A stretch of 32,000 nt of DNA from Candidatus Delongbacteria bacterium (GTDB lineage: Bacteria; CAIWAD01), in contig JACKCN010000001.1 in NCBI GenBank assembly GCA_020634015.1, positions 813,114-845,113 of the forward strand, given 5' to 3'. The notes under the pieces are model-generated. The model was not told the origin of the DNA. It saw only the letters and a program-made list of their open reading frames with translations, and searched no databases. Position numbers and translations under genes: made by a program. Positions within the stretch are counted from its first letter, which is position 1. Each line of letters begins with the position of its first letter. Shown here piece by piece: positions 9,313 through 17,529 of the stretch.

Positions 9313-11361
9313 TCAGCGTACCAGGCTGATCCGGCGTGCGCTGTGGAATTCTCCGGACTGCAGCTGCAGGATGTAGACTCCGGAGGCCAGCGGACCGGCG
9401 TCCAGGCGCAGGGTCCGCTCGCCCGCGGGCAGCTGGCCGCGGAACAGCTCCAGCACCTTGCGGCCCTGGATGTCGTACAGCACCAGAGACGCCGGGCCGT
9501 CTTCAGCCAGGCTGAAACGGACCATGGTATCCGGGTTGAAGGGGTTGGGGCTCACGGGGTACAGTGCGAAGGAAGCCGGTCTGGAGGAACTCCCCGAATC
9601 CAGGGTGGGCGTCACACGGGTGTTGGCGCGATCCCTGAGTTCGATTGAGAGAATACTCGGGGGTTGGGACACGGCCAGGCTGAGCAACCGGCCCGAAAGA
9701 TCACCTCCATCCAGCGAGACCAGAGCCAGTTCCTGACCGGCAGCGGAGGGTCGCACCAGCAGGGGCCAGGGTTCCGTGTCGGATTCGCTGATGGAGAGGC
9801 CATTCTCGAGAACCAGTCGGGCTCCGAGAATGCCGTTGCCGCTGAGCCAGAGGCTCCACTGGTTGCCCTCGGCGCGCCATTCCAGAGTGGCGGGAGCCTG
9901 GGTGTCGGCCAGTTCGAGGTCTGCGCCGGATGCCGCGCTCAGCGGCGGGCCGCTGAAGGAATAGTTCATGGCGAAAAGCATCAGGTCTTCGAAATCGATC
10001 ATGTTGTCCGTCATGGGAATGCCCAGAGGGCCATTGTCGTCGCTGGGGCCGATATCCGCCTGGTTGTAATACAGGAAGTCGCCATCGGCCGTGCTGTAGG
10101 TGTTGGAGAGGCGCACCAGGTCGGCCACATGCACCGTGCCGCTGTAAGGTGTGGCGAAATCGCCCAGGAAGTAGTTGGTGGCCCGGGCGCGCGAGTCGGG
10201 GCCGATGGGCGCGGGAATCAGCGCCAGGTCGACGGCGATGGCCACATAGCGATACACGTCACGCGGCACGACCGAATCCAGCAGACTGGTGCCCGTGCCG
10301 CTGTAGACCAGGGTGAAGCCCTTGGAAATCGCCTCGTCGCGGTCGGCGGGCCAGCTGTCCATCGGGGCGATGTCATCGTACTCCGGATAGGCGGAAATGC
10401 CGCTGTCGAACCAGCCCTGGCGCCAGATTTCCACATGGCTGAAGTCCAGGTCGCCGGGCAGGCCCCAGTCCAGCTGCACGCCCTGGTGACGGGGACTGGC
10501 CGTCAGGGCGCCCACGGGAAGAGGAGGCTGGTCGTCCAGCGTGAGCTGGTCGCTGAGGGTGACCGCATTGCCGTACTGATCGCGCAGGTCGAGGTACACG
10601 GTCTTGAGGCCGTTGCCCGCCGAGAGCACGAAACTGCCCGGCAGCGGCGGGGCCGTCCAGAGCGGCGAGGGATTGGGCGGCAGAGCCGGGTCTTCGGAGT
10701 TCACCAGAGAATGCAGGCTGCCGTCTCCTCCACTGAGAGACTGGGAGATTGTGGGCAACCATGTATACGTGTCATTGCCCGGAGGTGAAATGGCTTCGAG
10801 CTCGTAGAGGTAGCCCGATGGGGGCGTGGTGTCGACCGTCAGGGTCACGGGAGACGCGTTGTCGCAGGGAATCGATTGGTTCATTTCACCACGCAGCACA
10901 GGATTGGCGATGGTGATGCTGGCCGGACCACCCAGCAGGTCCAGTGCATGGAAGGTCTGGCTGAGGATCAGGACAGGGCCGGTGGGTGTCACACCCGCCT
11001 GCTGCCCCAGCAGCGTGCCAGTGAAGGTGCGCCCGTCCACCCCGTCGTAATGGGCGTAGAAGACCTCGCTGAGGCCATCGAAGAGCAGCCCGGGATCCGG
11101 CGCACCGACCGCTGCGAGCAACGCCGGATCCCACTGCAGGGTCAGGTCAACCAGGCGGATCGGCTCCTGCGCGGTAGCCGGGACATGGTTGAGATAGACG
11201 TCCAGTTCGTAGCTGTTGGCCGCCACTTCCCAGCGGGACCACAGGCCCAGAGTCGCGCCCGGGCTGGTGTCCAGAGAATAGGCGGACCAGGCGGGACTGC
11301 CGCAGAGCAGCACGGCCCAGAGGGTGGTCCGGATGTGTCGATTGCCATGTGTGCGCATCAT
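9313..11361 (-). CDS. T9SS-secreted stalk-only paralog (cohesin-like, FN3-like, dockerin-like, type-A sorting domain)
   Basis: The ORF track gives 9313-11397. I prefer the ATG at 11361/11358 (MMRTHGNRHIRTTLWAVLLCGSPAWSAYS, signal-like) because a GGGGA SD-like element precedes it and none precedes 11397. Cohesin-like: LTLQWDPALLAAV. FN3-like: LTASPRHQGVQLDWG. Dockerin-like: ATNYFLGDF...DIGPSDDNGPLGIPMTDNMIDFEDLMLFAMNY. CTD: LYPVSPNPFNPDTMVRF...LASGVYILQLQSGEFHSARRISLVR. Confidence 0.85.
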   Translation of the reverse strand: MMRTHGNRHIRTTLWAVLLCGSPAWSAYSLDTSPGATLGLWSRWEVAANSYELDVYLNHVPATAQEPIRLVDLTLQWDPALLAAVGAPDPGLLFDGLSEVFYAHYDGVDGRTFTGTLLGQQAGVTPTGPVLILSQTFHALDLLGGPASITIANPVLRGEMNQSIPCDNASPVTLTVDTTPPSGYLYELEAISPPGNDTYTWLPTISQSLSGGDGSLHSLVNSEDPALPPNPSPLWTAPPLPGSFVLSAGNGLKTVYLDLRDQYGNAVTLSDQLTLDDQPPLPVGALTASPRHQGVQLDWGLPGDLDFSHVEIWRQGWFDSGISAYPEYDDIAPMDSWPADRDEAISKGFTLVYSGTGTSLLDSVVPRDVYRYVAIAVDLALIPAPIGPDSRARATNYFLGDFATPYSGTVHVADLVRLSNTYSTADGDFLYYNQADIGPSDDNGPLGIPMTDNMIDFEDLMLFAMNYSFSGPPLSAASGADLELADTQAPATLEWRAEGNQWSLWLSGNGILGARLVLENGLSISESDTEPWPLLVRPSAAGQELALVSLDGGDLSGRLLSLAVSQPPSILSIELRDRANTRVTPTLDSGSSSRPASFALYPVSPNPFNPDTMVRFSLAEDGPASLVLYDIQGRKVLELFRGQLPAGERTLRLDAGPLASGVYILQLQSGEFHSARRISLVR

Positions 11362-11577
11362 GAAGTCCCCGTCAGGCGTTTCGATCCGGACCGACATCCG
11401 TGATCCAGGAATGGTCGAAGTGCCTCTCGTCAGGAGAGAGAGACCCCCCGATGGCCCGGATCGCGGGTCACAGACCAGACAGATTTTCAGTGGTCAAGGG
11501 CGAGGTCCGACAAGAACAGGTGGGCGGTGCGGGAGAGTGGTGCAGCCTTGCCGGATCAGTTTTTCAGTTCGTGAATC

Positions 11578-12264
11578 TCATGGCAAATACTGGGCCGAAA
11601 CTCTGTACAGCCGTGTGGATTCGGGTGTCACAGCCTCCTGCCAGCTGGTGGCTGCCGTGCTGTCGACGAGGGACCAGGCCTCGCCAAGGAATTGCTTGCG
11701 ATAGATCCTGTAGGCATCGGCCAGATCCTGGGCATCCCAGCTCAGTTCCACGATGCCGGAGCCGTAGCTGATGTTCAGGTTGAAGCTGGTGCAGGGGGCC
11801 TCGACGGCGGAGGGTACCACAAGCACATCCAATACCTGCAGCGTGACGTCGTACATGGTCGACAGTGAGACGGCAAAGTCGATGGCGCCGGGCTGGAGGA
11901 ATGTGACCGGAACCGAGAACAGATTTCCTGATCCGGACACGGACAGCCCCGGCCCCAGAATGGCCGCATTGACGATCATCTCGGTACCGATCACATCACC
12001 GACGAAGAAGGTCGGGCCACCACTTTGCAACCACGGCCCCTGTGTGAGCTGCGCGGGCAGAAAGGTCACAAGTGCCGGGTCGAAAAGAATGCGCACATCG
12101 TAGGACTTGAGCGTGGCGCCCGGTTCCAGATCGACGTGTGCGGTGAGGATCTGTGTCTCTCCCGGTTCGGTGCATTCGGGCAACTGAAGCGATAGTGTGC
12201 CCTGGGCGGAAGCCGTACCGGCAAGGAACAGCAACAGCAGTCCAATGCGCTGCAGCAGAGTCAT
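11578..12264 (-). CDS. small secreted cohesin-like + FN3-like protein, no T9SS sorting domain
   Basis: The track ORF starts at a TTG (12285). The ATG at 12264 has a GGAGA SD 7 nt upstream and gives MTLLQRIGLLLLFLAGTASAQG (signal peptide). Cohesin-like body: LKSYDVRILFDPALVTFLP...GNLFSVPVTFLQPGAIDF. C-terminal FN3-like segment: IVELSWDAQDLADAYRIYRKQ...RLYRVSAQYLP. Confidence 0.8.
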   Translation of the reverse strand: MTLLQRIGLLLLFLAGTASAQGTLSLQLPECTEPGETQILTAHVDLEPGATLKSYDVRILFDPALVTFLPAQLTQGPWLQSGGPTFFVGDVIGTEMIVNAAILGPGLSVSGSGNLFSVPVTFLQPGAIDFAVSLSTMYDVTLQVLDVLVVPSAVEAPCTSFNLNISYGSGIVELSWDAQDLADAYRIYRKQFLGEAWSLVDSTAATSWQEAVTPESTRLYRVSAQYLP

Positions 12265-12573
12265 GGGATTCTCCGGAGTTGACAAGCGGACGAATCGGAG
12301 CAGTAGGTGGGGAGCAGTTCGGTGTTCGTCTGAATGATCGGCAAGGAGTCAATCCGTCACTGCAAAGTCAAGCTGATTATCGTCCAATGAATTTCTTCTT
12401 TGCATCACGCGGAACATGCGGGAGTCGCGGCGGCAATTGGCGCCGAAATCGTTCACAATTGGTCGCCCACTGTTCATCTTTGGTCGGCTTGGCTGCCGAA
12501 GGTCCTGCGAAGAGGGTCACGGTGTTACATAGCGGAGTTATTGTTGTCGTGGATCCACACAGGAAATCACTGG

Positions 12574-12598
12574 TTCAATTGACTTCAATCAATTCAAC
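12574..12598. promoter_or_regulatory. three direct TTCAAY hexamers at ~10-bp phasing in the divergent intergenic region (candidate regulator binding site)
   Basis: TTCAAT at 12574-12579, TTCAAT at 12584-12589 and TTCAAC at 12593-12598, with a fourth TTCAAT at 12667-12672. They lie in a ~450-bp intergenic stretch, visibly less GC-rich, between divergent surface-protein genes. Confidence 0.2.
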
Positions 12599-12738
12599 AT
12601 CCTGCGATGGACCCTATGAAGTCAGGTCGTGATGACACACAGCAACTCTTTGTCCTGGCAAACTTTTTCAATGGTCACTTTCAGGCATTTGCTGCCCCTC
12701 CAAATCGTATATAGACCGCTCGTCAGCAATGGAAGTCC

Positions 12739-14094
12739 ATGATTTCTAATTGGAGTATTGGAGGGATTTGGGTGGGACCACTGCTCATTCTGCTGCTTTG
12801 CACCCTGTTCACTTTGTCGAACCAGGCTGCCACGAGGCAGGTACCCGCTGACTTTCCGACCATCCAGCAGGCCCTGGATGCCAGCAGCGATGGGGATTCC
12901 GTGGTGGTGGCGGCAGGCATCTGGTTCGGCAGCCTTGACTTCGGGGGCCGGGATCTGGTCCTGTTGGGAAGCGGCACCAGCACGTGCATTCTTCAAGGAC
13001 TTGCAGGGCGCCTGCTTGTCTTCTCCAGGGGCGAAAGCTCCGCCGCCAGACTGGAAGGTTTCACCCTGCGCCAGGGCCAGGCGCCCACAGGGGCAAGCAA
13101 TGCGGGCGGCGCAATCCTGATTCGCGACAGTTCCCCCACCCTGCGCGGCAATCGATTCGAACTCTGCTCGGCACGCCAGGGCGGAGCGGTGGCTCTCATC
13201 CGCAGCTCAAGTCTGCTGGAAGGCAACGAGTTCGATACCAATCAGGCCTTCATGGGCGGAGCCGTGTATGTCATGGGTGGAGCGCCGGAATTGCGCAGCA
13301 ATCGGTTCCTGCACAATACGGGTGGGTTGCGCGGGTATGGGGGCGCCCTCTCATTGGAATCGACGGCGGCCCGGGTCCGGCAGAACCTGTTCGTCGAGAA
13401 TGGGGCCTTTCTCGGCGGCGCCATCAGCTGCCGCCTGTCCCCGGAAGCACTCATCGAGCGGAATACCATTGCCGGCAACGAGGCCCGCATGGGTGGTGGG
13501 CTGTATCTGGCCGCCGGTGACCCGCTGGTGCAAGGAAATCTGGTGGCCTGGTCCGCCCAGGGCGAAGCGGCCGCCAGTGCATTGATGGCTTCGCCCATGC
13601 TGGGCTGCAATCTGCACTTCGACAACGCGGGCGGCGATGGCTTTCCCGGTCAGAATCAGGGTGGAAACCGCGTGCTGGACCCACTCTGCTGCGACCCGCA
13701 AGCCGGAGACTATCGTCTGCAGCCCGGTTCACCGTGCTACAGTGCCGACTGCGGTATCCTGGGTTTCACGGACGAGAACTGCCAGGGTACGGACATCCTG
13801 CCCCATGAGATCACCATCGCCGGCTGCGACCTGCGCATTGCACCCAATCCCTTCAACGGGCGTACATGGTTGAGCATCACGGGCGATCCGGGGCGGGACT
13901 GGCGTCTGGAACTGTACTCGATCACGGGGCGCAAACTGGGCGAGCTGGCCTCCTCACGCACGGGTCACGCGCGTGACATGGCGCTGGACCCCACTCACAG
14001 GATCAATGGGCACGCGCTGGCAGCGGGCGTCTACTTCCTGCGCCTGACTCATGCGCGCGGTGAGCTGTGCCGCAAGGTGGTCTACCTCCCCTGA
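12739..14094 (+). CDS. T9SS-secreted right-handed beta-helix protein (pectin-lyase-fold-like)
   Basis: 451-aa ORF. An alternative GTG start at 12772 is preceded by GGAGGG. Signal-like PLLILLLCTLFTLSNQA. Beta-helix entry motif: FPTIQQALDASSDGDSVVVAAGIW. It is followed by repeated GGA(V/I/L) turns. C-terminal sorting domain, nt 13831-14091: LRIAPNPFNGRTWLSI...AAGVYFLRLTHARGELCRKVVYLP. Confidence 0.85.
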   Translation: MISNWSIGGIWVGPLLILLLCTLFTLSNQAATRQVPADFPTIQQALDASSDGDSVVVAAGIWFGSLDFGGRDLVLLGSGTSTCILQGLAGRLLVFSRGESSAARLEGFTLRQGQAPTGASNAGGAILIRDSSPTLRGNRFELCSARQGGAVALIRSSSLLEGNEFDTNQAFMGGAVYVMGGAPELRSNRFLHNTGGLRGYGGALSLESTAARVRQNLFVENGAFLGGAISCRLSPEALIERNTIAGNEARMGGGLYLAAGDPLVQGNLVAWSAQGEAAASALMASPMLGCNLHFDNAGGDGFPGQNQGGNRVLDPLCCDPQAGDYRLQPGSPCYSADCGILGFTDENCQGTDILPHEITIAGCDLRIAPNPFNGRTWLSITGDPGRDWRLELYSITGRKLGELASSRTGHARDMALDPTHRINGHALAAGVYFLRLTHARGELCRKVVYLP

Positions 14095-14110
14095 GGCATC
14101 TCCGCGCATC

Positions 14111-15523
14111 TTACCCGGGAATCCCCGCGCTGCGGATCACCACCAGTTTCTCCACGCTCAGATCACGGATCGTCTCGGGAATGCCGCCCATGCCAAGGCC
14201 CGACTGCTCGCGCCCGCCGAAGGGCATCCAGTCGACCCGGAAGGCCGTGTGATCGTTGACCATCACGGCGGTTCCCTTCAGGCGATGGGCCGAGCGCAGG
14301 GCCAGCTCGATGTCGCGCGTGAAGACGGCCGCCTGGAAGACGAAGGGCGGACGATTCGCCATCCGCCAGGCTTCTTCCCGGTCGGTCCAGGAGGTCACGC
14401 AGATCACCGGGCCAAAGACTTCCTCCTGCATCACGCGTGAGGATTCAGGTGCGTTGAACAACACGGTCGGGGCGTGACAGGTCTCGCCGAGAGCCTGGCC
14501 CCCGCAGAGGACCTCCGCCCCGCCCTCGCGGGCTTCGTTGACCCACTCCTGCACGCGCAGGACTTCCGGGGGGCGAATCAGCGGCCCCATGGCACTCTCC
14601 GCCAGCAGGGGGTCGCCGGGTTGCTGGGTCTCCGCGTATGCGGTCAGACGCTCGGCCAGTTCCCGGGCCACGCCGTGATGGGCGAAGACCCGCTGCACGG
14701 ACACGCAGACCTGCCCCGCGTGGTAGAACCCGCCCTTGCCGATCAGCGGCACCGCGGCTTCCAGGTCCGCATCGGCCTCGACGATCACCGGGGCCGAGCC
14801 GCCGTGTTCCAGAGCGCAATGCACACCAGGGGCCAGCCGCGAACGCAGCTGCCATCCCACACGCCCACTGCCGATGAAGCTCATGAAGCGGATCCGCGGG
14901 TCGGCGGCCAGCGTCGCCGTTGTGTTGTTGTCGCACAGGATCAGGCGGGCCCAGCCCTCGGGCAATCCGGCCTCTTGCAGACATTCCAGCAGGTTGATGC
15001 AGGACAGGGGCGTGGCCCGGGCCGGTTTCACCAGCACCGGACAGCCCGCGGCCACGGCCGTGATCGCCTGGTGCACGATGAGGTTGAAGGGATGGTTGAA
15101 CGCGCTGATCGCCAGTACCGGCCCGATCGGTTCGCGCAGGGTGAAGGCCACGCGCCCGGCCGAGGAGGGCCCCAGGCCCATGGGAATCATGCGTCCCTGG
15201 TTGTGTTGCAGTTCGCCCACCGCCGCGTCGATGCCCTGGGCCGCGCGATCCAGTTCCACCAGGGAGTCGGTCAGCGGCTTGCCGCCTTCGTGGGCGGCGG
15301 TGCGCGCGTACTCCATGCGCCGCTCACGCACCAGGCGGCCCGTGCGCTCCAGAATCGCGATGCGCCGGGCCAGCGGCAAAGGCCCGGCAGCGGCCTGCGA
15401 GAGGCTGGTGGCACGCTGCAGGTATTCTTCAATGCGGGATGCGGGAGTCATTGGCAGACTGCGGATCAGCGTGCGATCCCAGGGTGCGTATACATCCAGA
15501 ACAGGGCTGGTCATCTGGCTCAT
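14111..15523 (-). CDS. NAD(P)-dependent aldehyde dehydrogenase family protein
   Basis: ALDH hallmarks are present: catalytic-Glu motif ALEHGGSAP, catalytic-Cys motif GQVCVSVQR, and FIGSGRVG. The track ORF extends to 15718, but the ATG at 15523 (MSQMTSPVLD...) has an AAGGAG SD 8 nt upstream. The extension would also overlap the divergent gene. Confidence 0.9.
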   Translation of the reverse strand: MSQMTSPVLDVYAPWDRTLIRSLPMTPASRIEEYLQRATSLSQAAAGPLPLARRIAILERTGRLVRERRMEYARTAAHEGGKPLTDSLVELDRAAQGIDAAVGELQHNQGRMIPMGLGPSSAGRVAFTLREPIGPVLAISAFNHPFNLIVHQAITAVAAGCPVLVKPARATPLSCINLLECLQEAGLPEGWARLILCDNNTTATLAADPRIRFMSFIGSGRVGWQLRSRLAPGVHCALEHGGSAPVIVEADADLEAAVPLIGKGGFYHAGQVCVSVQRVFAHHGVARELAERLTAYAETQQPGDPLLAESAMGPLIRPPEVLRVQEWVNEAREGGAEVLCGGQALGETCHAPTVLFNAPESSRVMQEEVFGPVICVTSWTDREEAWRMANRPPFVFQAAVFTRDIELALRSAHRLKGTAVMVNDHTAFRVDWMPFGGREQSGLGMGGIPETIRDLSVEKLVVIRSAGIPG

Positions 15524-15578
15524 CGGCGGATCTCCTTCGAGGCGCGACGCAGGGTTGCGGAGAGCGCAATCTGCCAAT

Positions 15579-15607
15579 TTGATGTTGCAGCCAAAACAGA
15601 GTAAACT
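15579..15607 (+). promoter_or_regulatory. candidate sigma70-type promoter for the acid phosphatase gene
   Basis: TTGATG (15579-15584), 17-nt spacer, TAAACT (15602-15607), about 40 nt upstream of the ATG at 15648. This is a pattern match only. Confidence 0.25.
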
Positions 15608-15647
15608 GGCGGCCTGAGATCCAACCCGAGAGCAACAAGGAACCCCC

Positions 15648-16514
15648 ATGCACTTCCGAACCATGCGCACGGCAAGCGCTCTGCTGCCGCTGCTGCTGAT
15701 GATGGCCTGCGTGACCACTCAGGCCGGCAAACCCGACATGACCGCCGAGGTCAGCGTCGCTTCCACTACGGCACCGGCGGTCCAGGTCGCCGCGGACAGC
15801 CACCGGGAACTGAACCAGCAGATGGTGCTGGCCACCTGGTGGTTCCAGCGCAGCGCCGAAGCCCGGGCCCTGTATCTGCAGGCCTACACCATGGCCCGGA
15901 TGGCGCTTGAGCGTGACCTGAGTCTCAAGATCGCCGGCAAGCGCGCCGTGATCCTGGACATTGATGAGACGGTGCTGGACAACAGCCCCTTCCAGGCCCG
16001 CTGCATCCAGGACGGTACCGCCTATCCCACCGGCTGGGCCGAATGGTGCCGCGAAGCACGCGCGCTGGCCCTGCCCGGCGTCAAGCAGTTCCTCGACTGG
16101 GCCGACTCGAGCGGGGTGGACATCTATTACATCTCGAATCGCAAGCAGGTGCTGCTGGACGAGACCATCCAGAATCTCAGGGACGCTGGCCTGCCCCAGG
16201 CCAATGCGGAGCACGTGCTGCTGCGGACCGAGGGCAACAGCAAGGTCGCCCGCCGCGAGCTCGTGGCCCGCGACCATCGGGTGGCCGTGCTGCTGGGTGA
16301 CAATCTGGCCGACTTCTCCGGGGACTTTGACGCACGCAGCAGCGAAGAACGTCAGGCCGCCGTGGACGCCCACGCCAGCGAGTTCGGTACCCGCTTCATC
16401 ATGCTGCCCAACCCGATGTACGGCGACTGGGAAGGTGCGCTCTACAACCACGACTGGAGCCTGGACGATTCCACGAAAATGGAGCGGCGGGTCCAGAGCC
16501 TGCGACGCGACTGA
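15648..16514 (+). CDS. 5'-nucleotidase / class C acid phosphatase, lipoprotein e(P4) family (HAD superfamily)
   Basis: HAD motif I is VILDIDETVLDNSPF. The other motifs are YYISNRK and LLGDNLADF. The N-terminal MHFRTMRTASALLPLLLMMAC looks like a lipoprotein signal ending in Cys. AAGGAA SD. Confidence 0.9.
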   Translation: MHFRTMRTASALLPLLLMMACVTTQAGKPDMTAEVSVASTTAPAVQVAADSHRELNQQMVLATWWFQRSAEARALYLQAYTMARMALERDLSLKIAGKRAVILDIDETVLDNSPFQARCIQDGTAYPTGWAEWCREARALALPGVKQFLDWADSSGVDIYYISNRKQVLLDETIQNLRDAGLPQANAEHVLLRTEGNSKVARRELVARDHRVAVLLGDNLADFSGDFDARSSEERQAAVDAHASEFGTRFIMLPNPMYGDWEGALYNHDWSLDDSTKMERRVQSLRRD

Positions 16515-16539
16515 GTTCAAGCATTTCCGGGATCTGCCG

Positions 16540-17529
16540 ATGCCTGTTCTGCAGCAAAGCAGAGAACAGGAACCCAGCATGCCCACACGCCCCATTCCCC
16601 AGGTACTTCAGGAGCCGGTTCCGGGCAGCACCCAGGACCGGCTTCTTCATCAGTTCGCCAACGGCATTGCCGAAACCGTGCATTTCGGGACCCACATCCT
16701 GCACTGGAGCACGCTCAGCTCCACGGGACAGGCCTGGGAAACTCCCCTGCTGCTGCTGTTCCGCCACAGTCTGGAAACCCTGGACGCGATTGGTGTGCTG
16801 CTGCGCGCCGGAGCGGTTGAACCCTGCAAGATGCTGCTGCGGGGCCTCTTCGAAAGCCTGCTGAGCAGCGAGTACATCCTGCAGACCGACAGCCAGCGGC
16901 GCGCGCTCTGTTTTCTGGTGGGCTATCTCAATTGGGAAGTGGGGATGAGCGAGCGCCTCAACTCCGCCAGCAGTCAGGGGCGCCGCTTTCGCCGCAAGCT
17001 GAACAAGGACCGGATCCTCAACGGGCTGCGCCTGCCCGAGCTGGCCGGCGAAAGCCCCCGGGTGCTGGAGCTGGAACGCCTGCTGGCCCAACCACTCTTC
17101 GAAGAGGTGAACCGGGAATTCGCCGACCTCAAGCGGCGCACCAACCGGACCCCGATCTGGTACTCGATGTTCGATGGCCCGCGCAACCTGGAAAGCCTGG
17201 CCGCTCATGTGGAACTGCCCGGTCTGTACGAATACCTCTACCGTCGCTGGTCGGGGGCAGTGCACGGACTGGAGGTCTTCGACGGCAAGCTCAAGGGACG
17301 GGACGGCATCCCGTACATCACGCAGTTGCGCGCCATTGACAATGCCCAGCACGTGACCCTGCACACCCTCTGGCTGCAACTGCAGCATTTCCAGTCCTTC
17401 GTGGGCACCTTGCTGCCCGAACGTCTCCCCGAGCTGGACCTCTGGTTCCTCAAGGAACTGCAGCCCCTGTATCATCTGCTGTCCGGAGAGCTGATGTACT
17501 CCATCGACGAGGTTTATCACACCCACTGA
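16540..17529 (+). CDS. hypothetical all-helical protein, DUF5677/AbiV-like HEPN resemblance
   Basis: The track ORF 15961-17529 overlaps the phosphatase gene in another frame. Real start candidates are the ATGs at 16540 or 16579. It has normal composition and high GC3 in this frame. The segment SLETLDAIGVLLRAGAVEPCKMLLRGLFESLLSSEYIL and an Rx5H motif (YRRWSGAVHG, nt 17242-17265) resemble HEPN-type helical proteins. This is from memory and unverified. Confidence 0.7.
   Translation: MPVLQQSREQEPSMPTRPIPQVLQEPVPGSTQDRLLHQFANGIAETVHFGTHILHWSTLSSTGQAWETPLLLLFRHSLETLDAIGVLLRAGAVEPCKMLLRGLFESLLSSEYILQTDSQRRALCFLVGYLNWEVGMSERLNSASSQGRRFRRKLNKDRILNGLRLPELAGESPRVLELERLLAQPLFEEVNREFADLKRRTNRTPIWYSMFDGPRNLESLAAHVELPGLYEYLYRRWSGAVHGLEVFDGKLKGRDGIPYITQLRAIDNAQHVTLHTLWLQLQHFQSFVGTLLPERLPELDLWFLKELQPLYHLLSGELMYSIDEVYHTH

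Noticed and set aside
7727-10788. ORFs 7727-8905 (+, 392 aa) and 9664-10788 (+, 374 aa) antisense to the T9SS cargo genes
   Set aside because: They show the same antisense artefact. The sense strand encodes signal peptides, beta-helix repeats and sorting domains.
12650-12700. Possible sigma-54 promoter (TGGCAA...TTTCA / GGCATTTGCTGC) upstream of the beta-helix gene
   Set aside because: Neither candidate satisfies the GG-N10-GC spacing of the -24/-12 consensus.
14474-15617. ORFs 14474-15604 and 14736-15617 (+) antisense to the aldehyde dehydrogenase
   Set aside because: The ALDH catalytic motifs are on the minus strand. The + frames are Arg/Ala/Gly/Pro-rich with no motifs.
15524-15718. 65-codon N-terminal extension of the aldehyde dehydrogenase ORF
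   Set aside because: The extension has no SD, is Cys/Ser/Arg-rich, is unlike ALDH N-termini and overlaps the divergent phosphatase gene. The ATG at 15523 has an AAGGAG SD.
15961-16539. 5' part of the 522-aa ORF 15961-17529
   Set aside because: This part overlaps the e(P4) phosphatase gene in a different frame and translates to a Pro/Ala/Arg/Ser/Thr-rich string. The real gene most likely starts at the ATG at 16540 or 16579, after the phosphatase stop.
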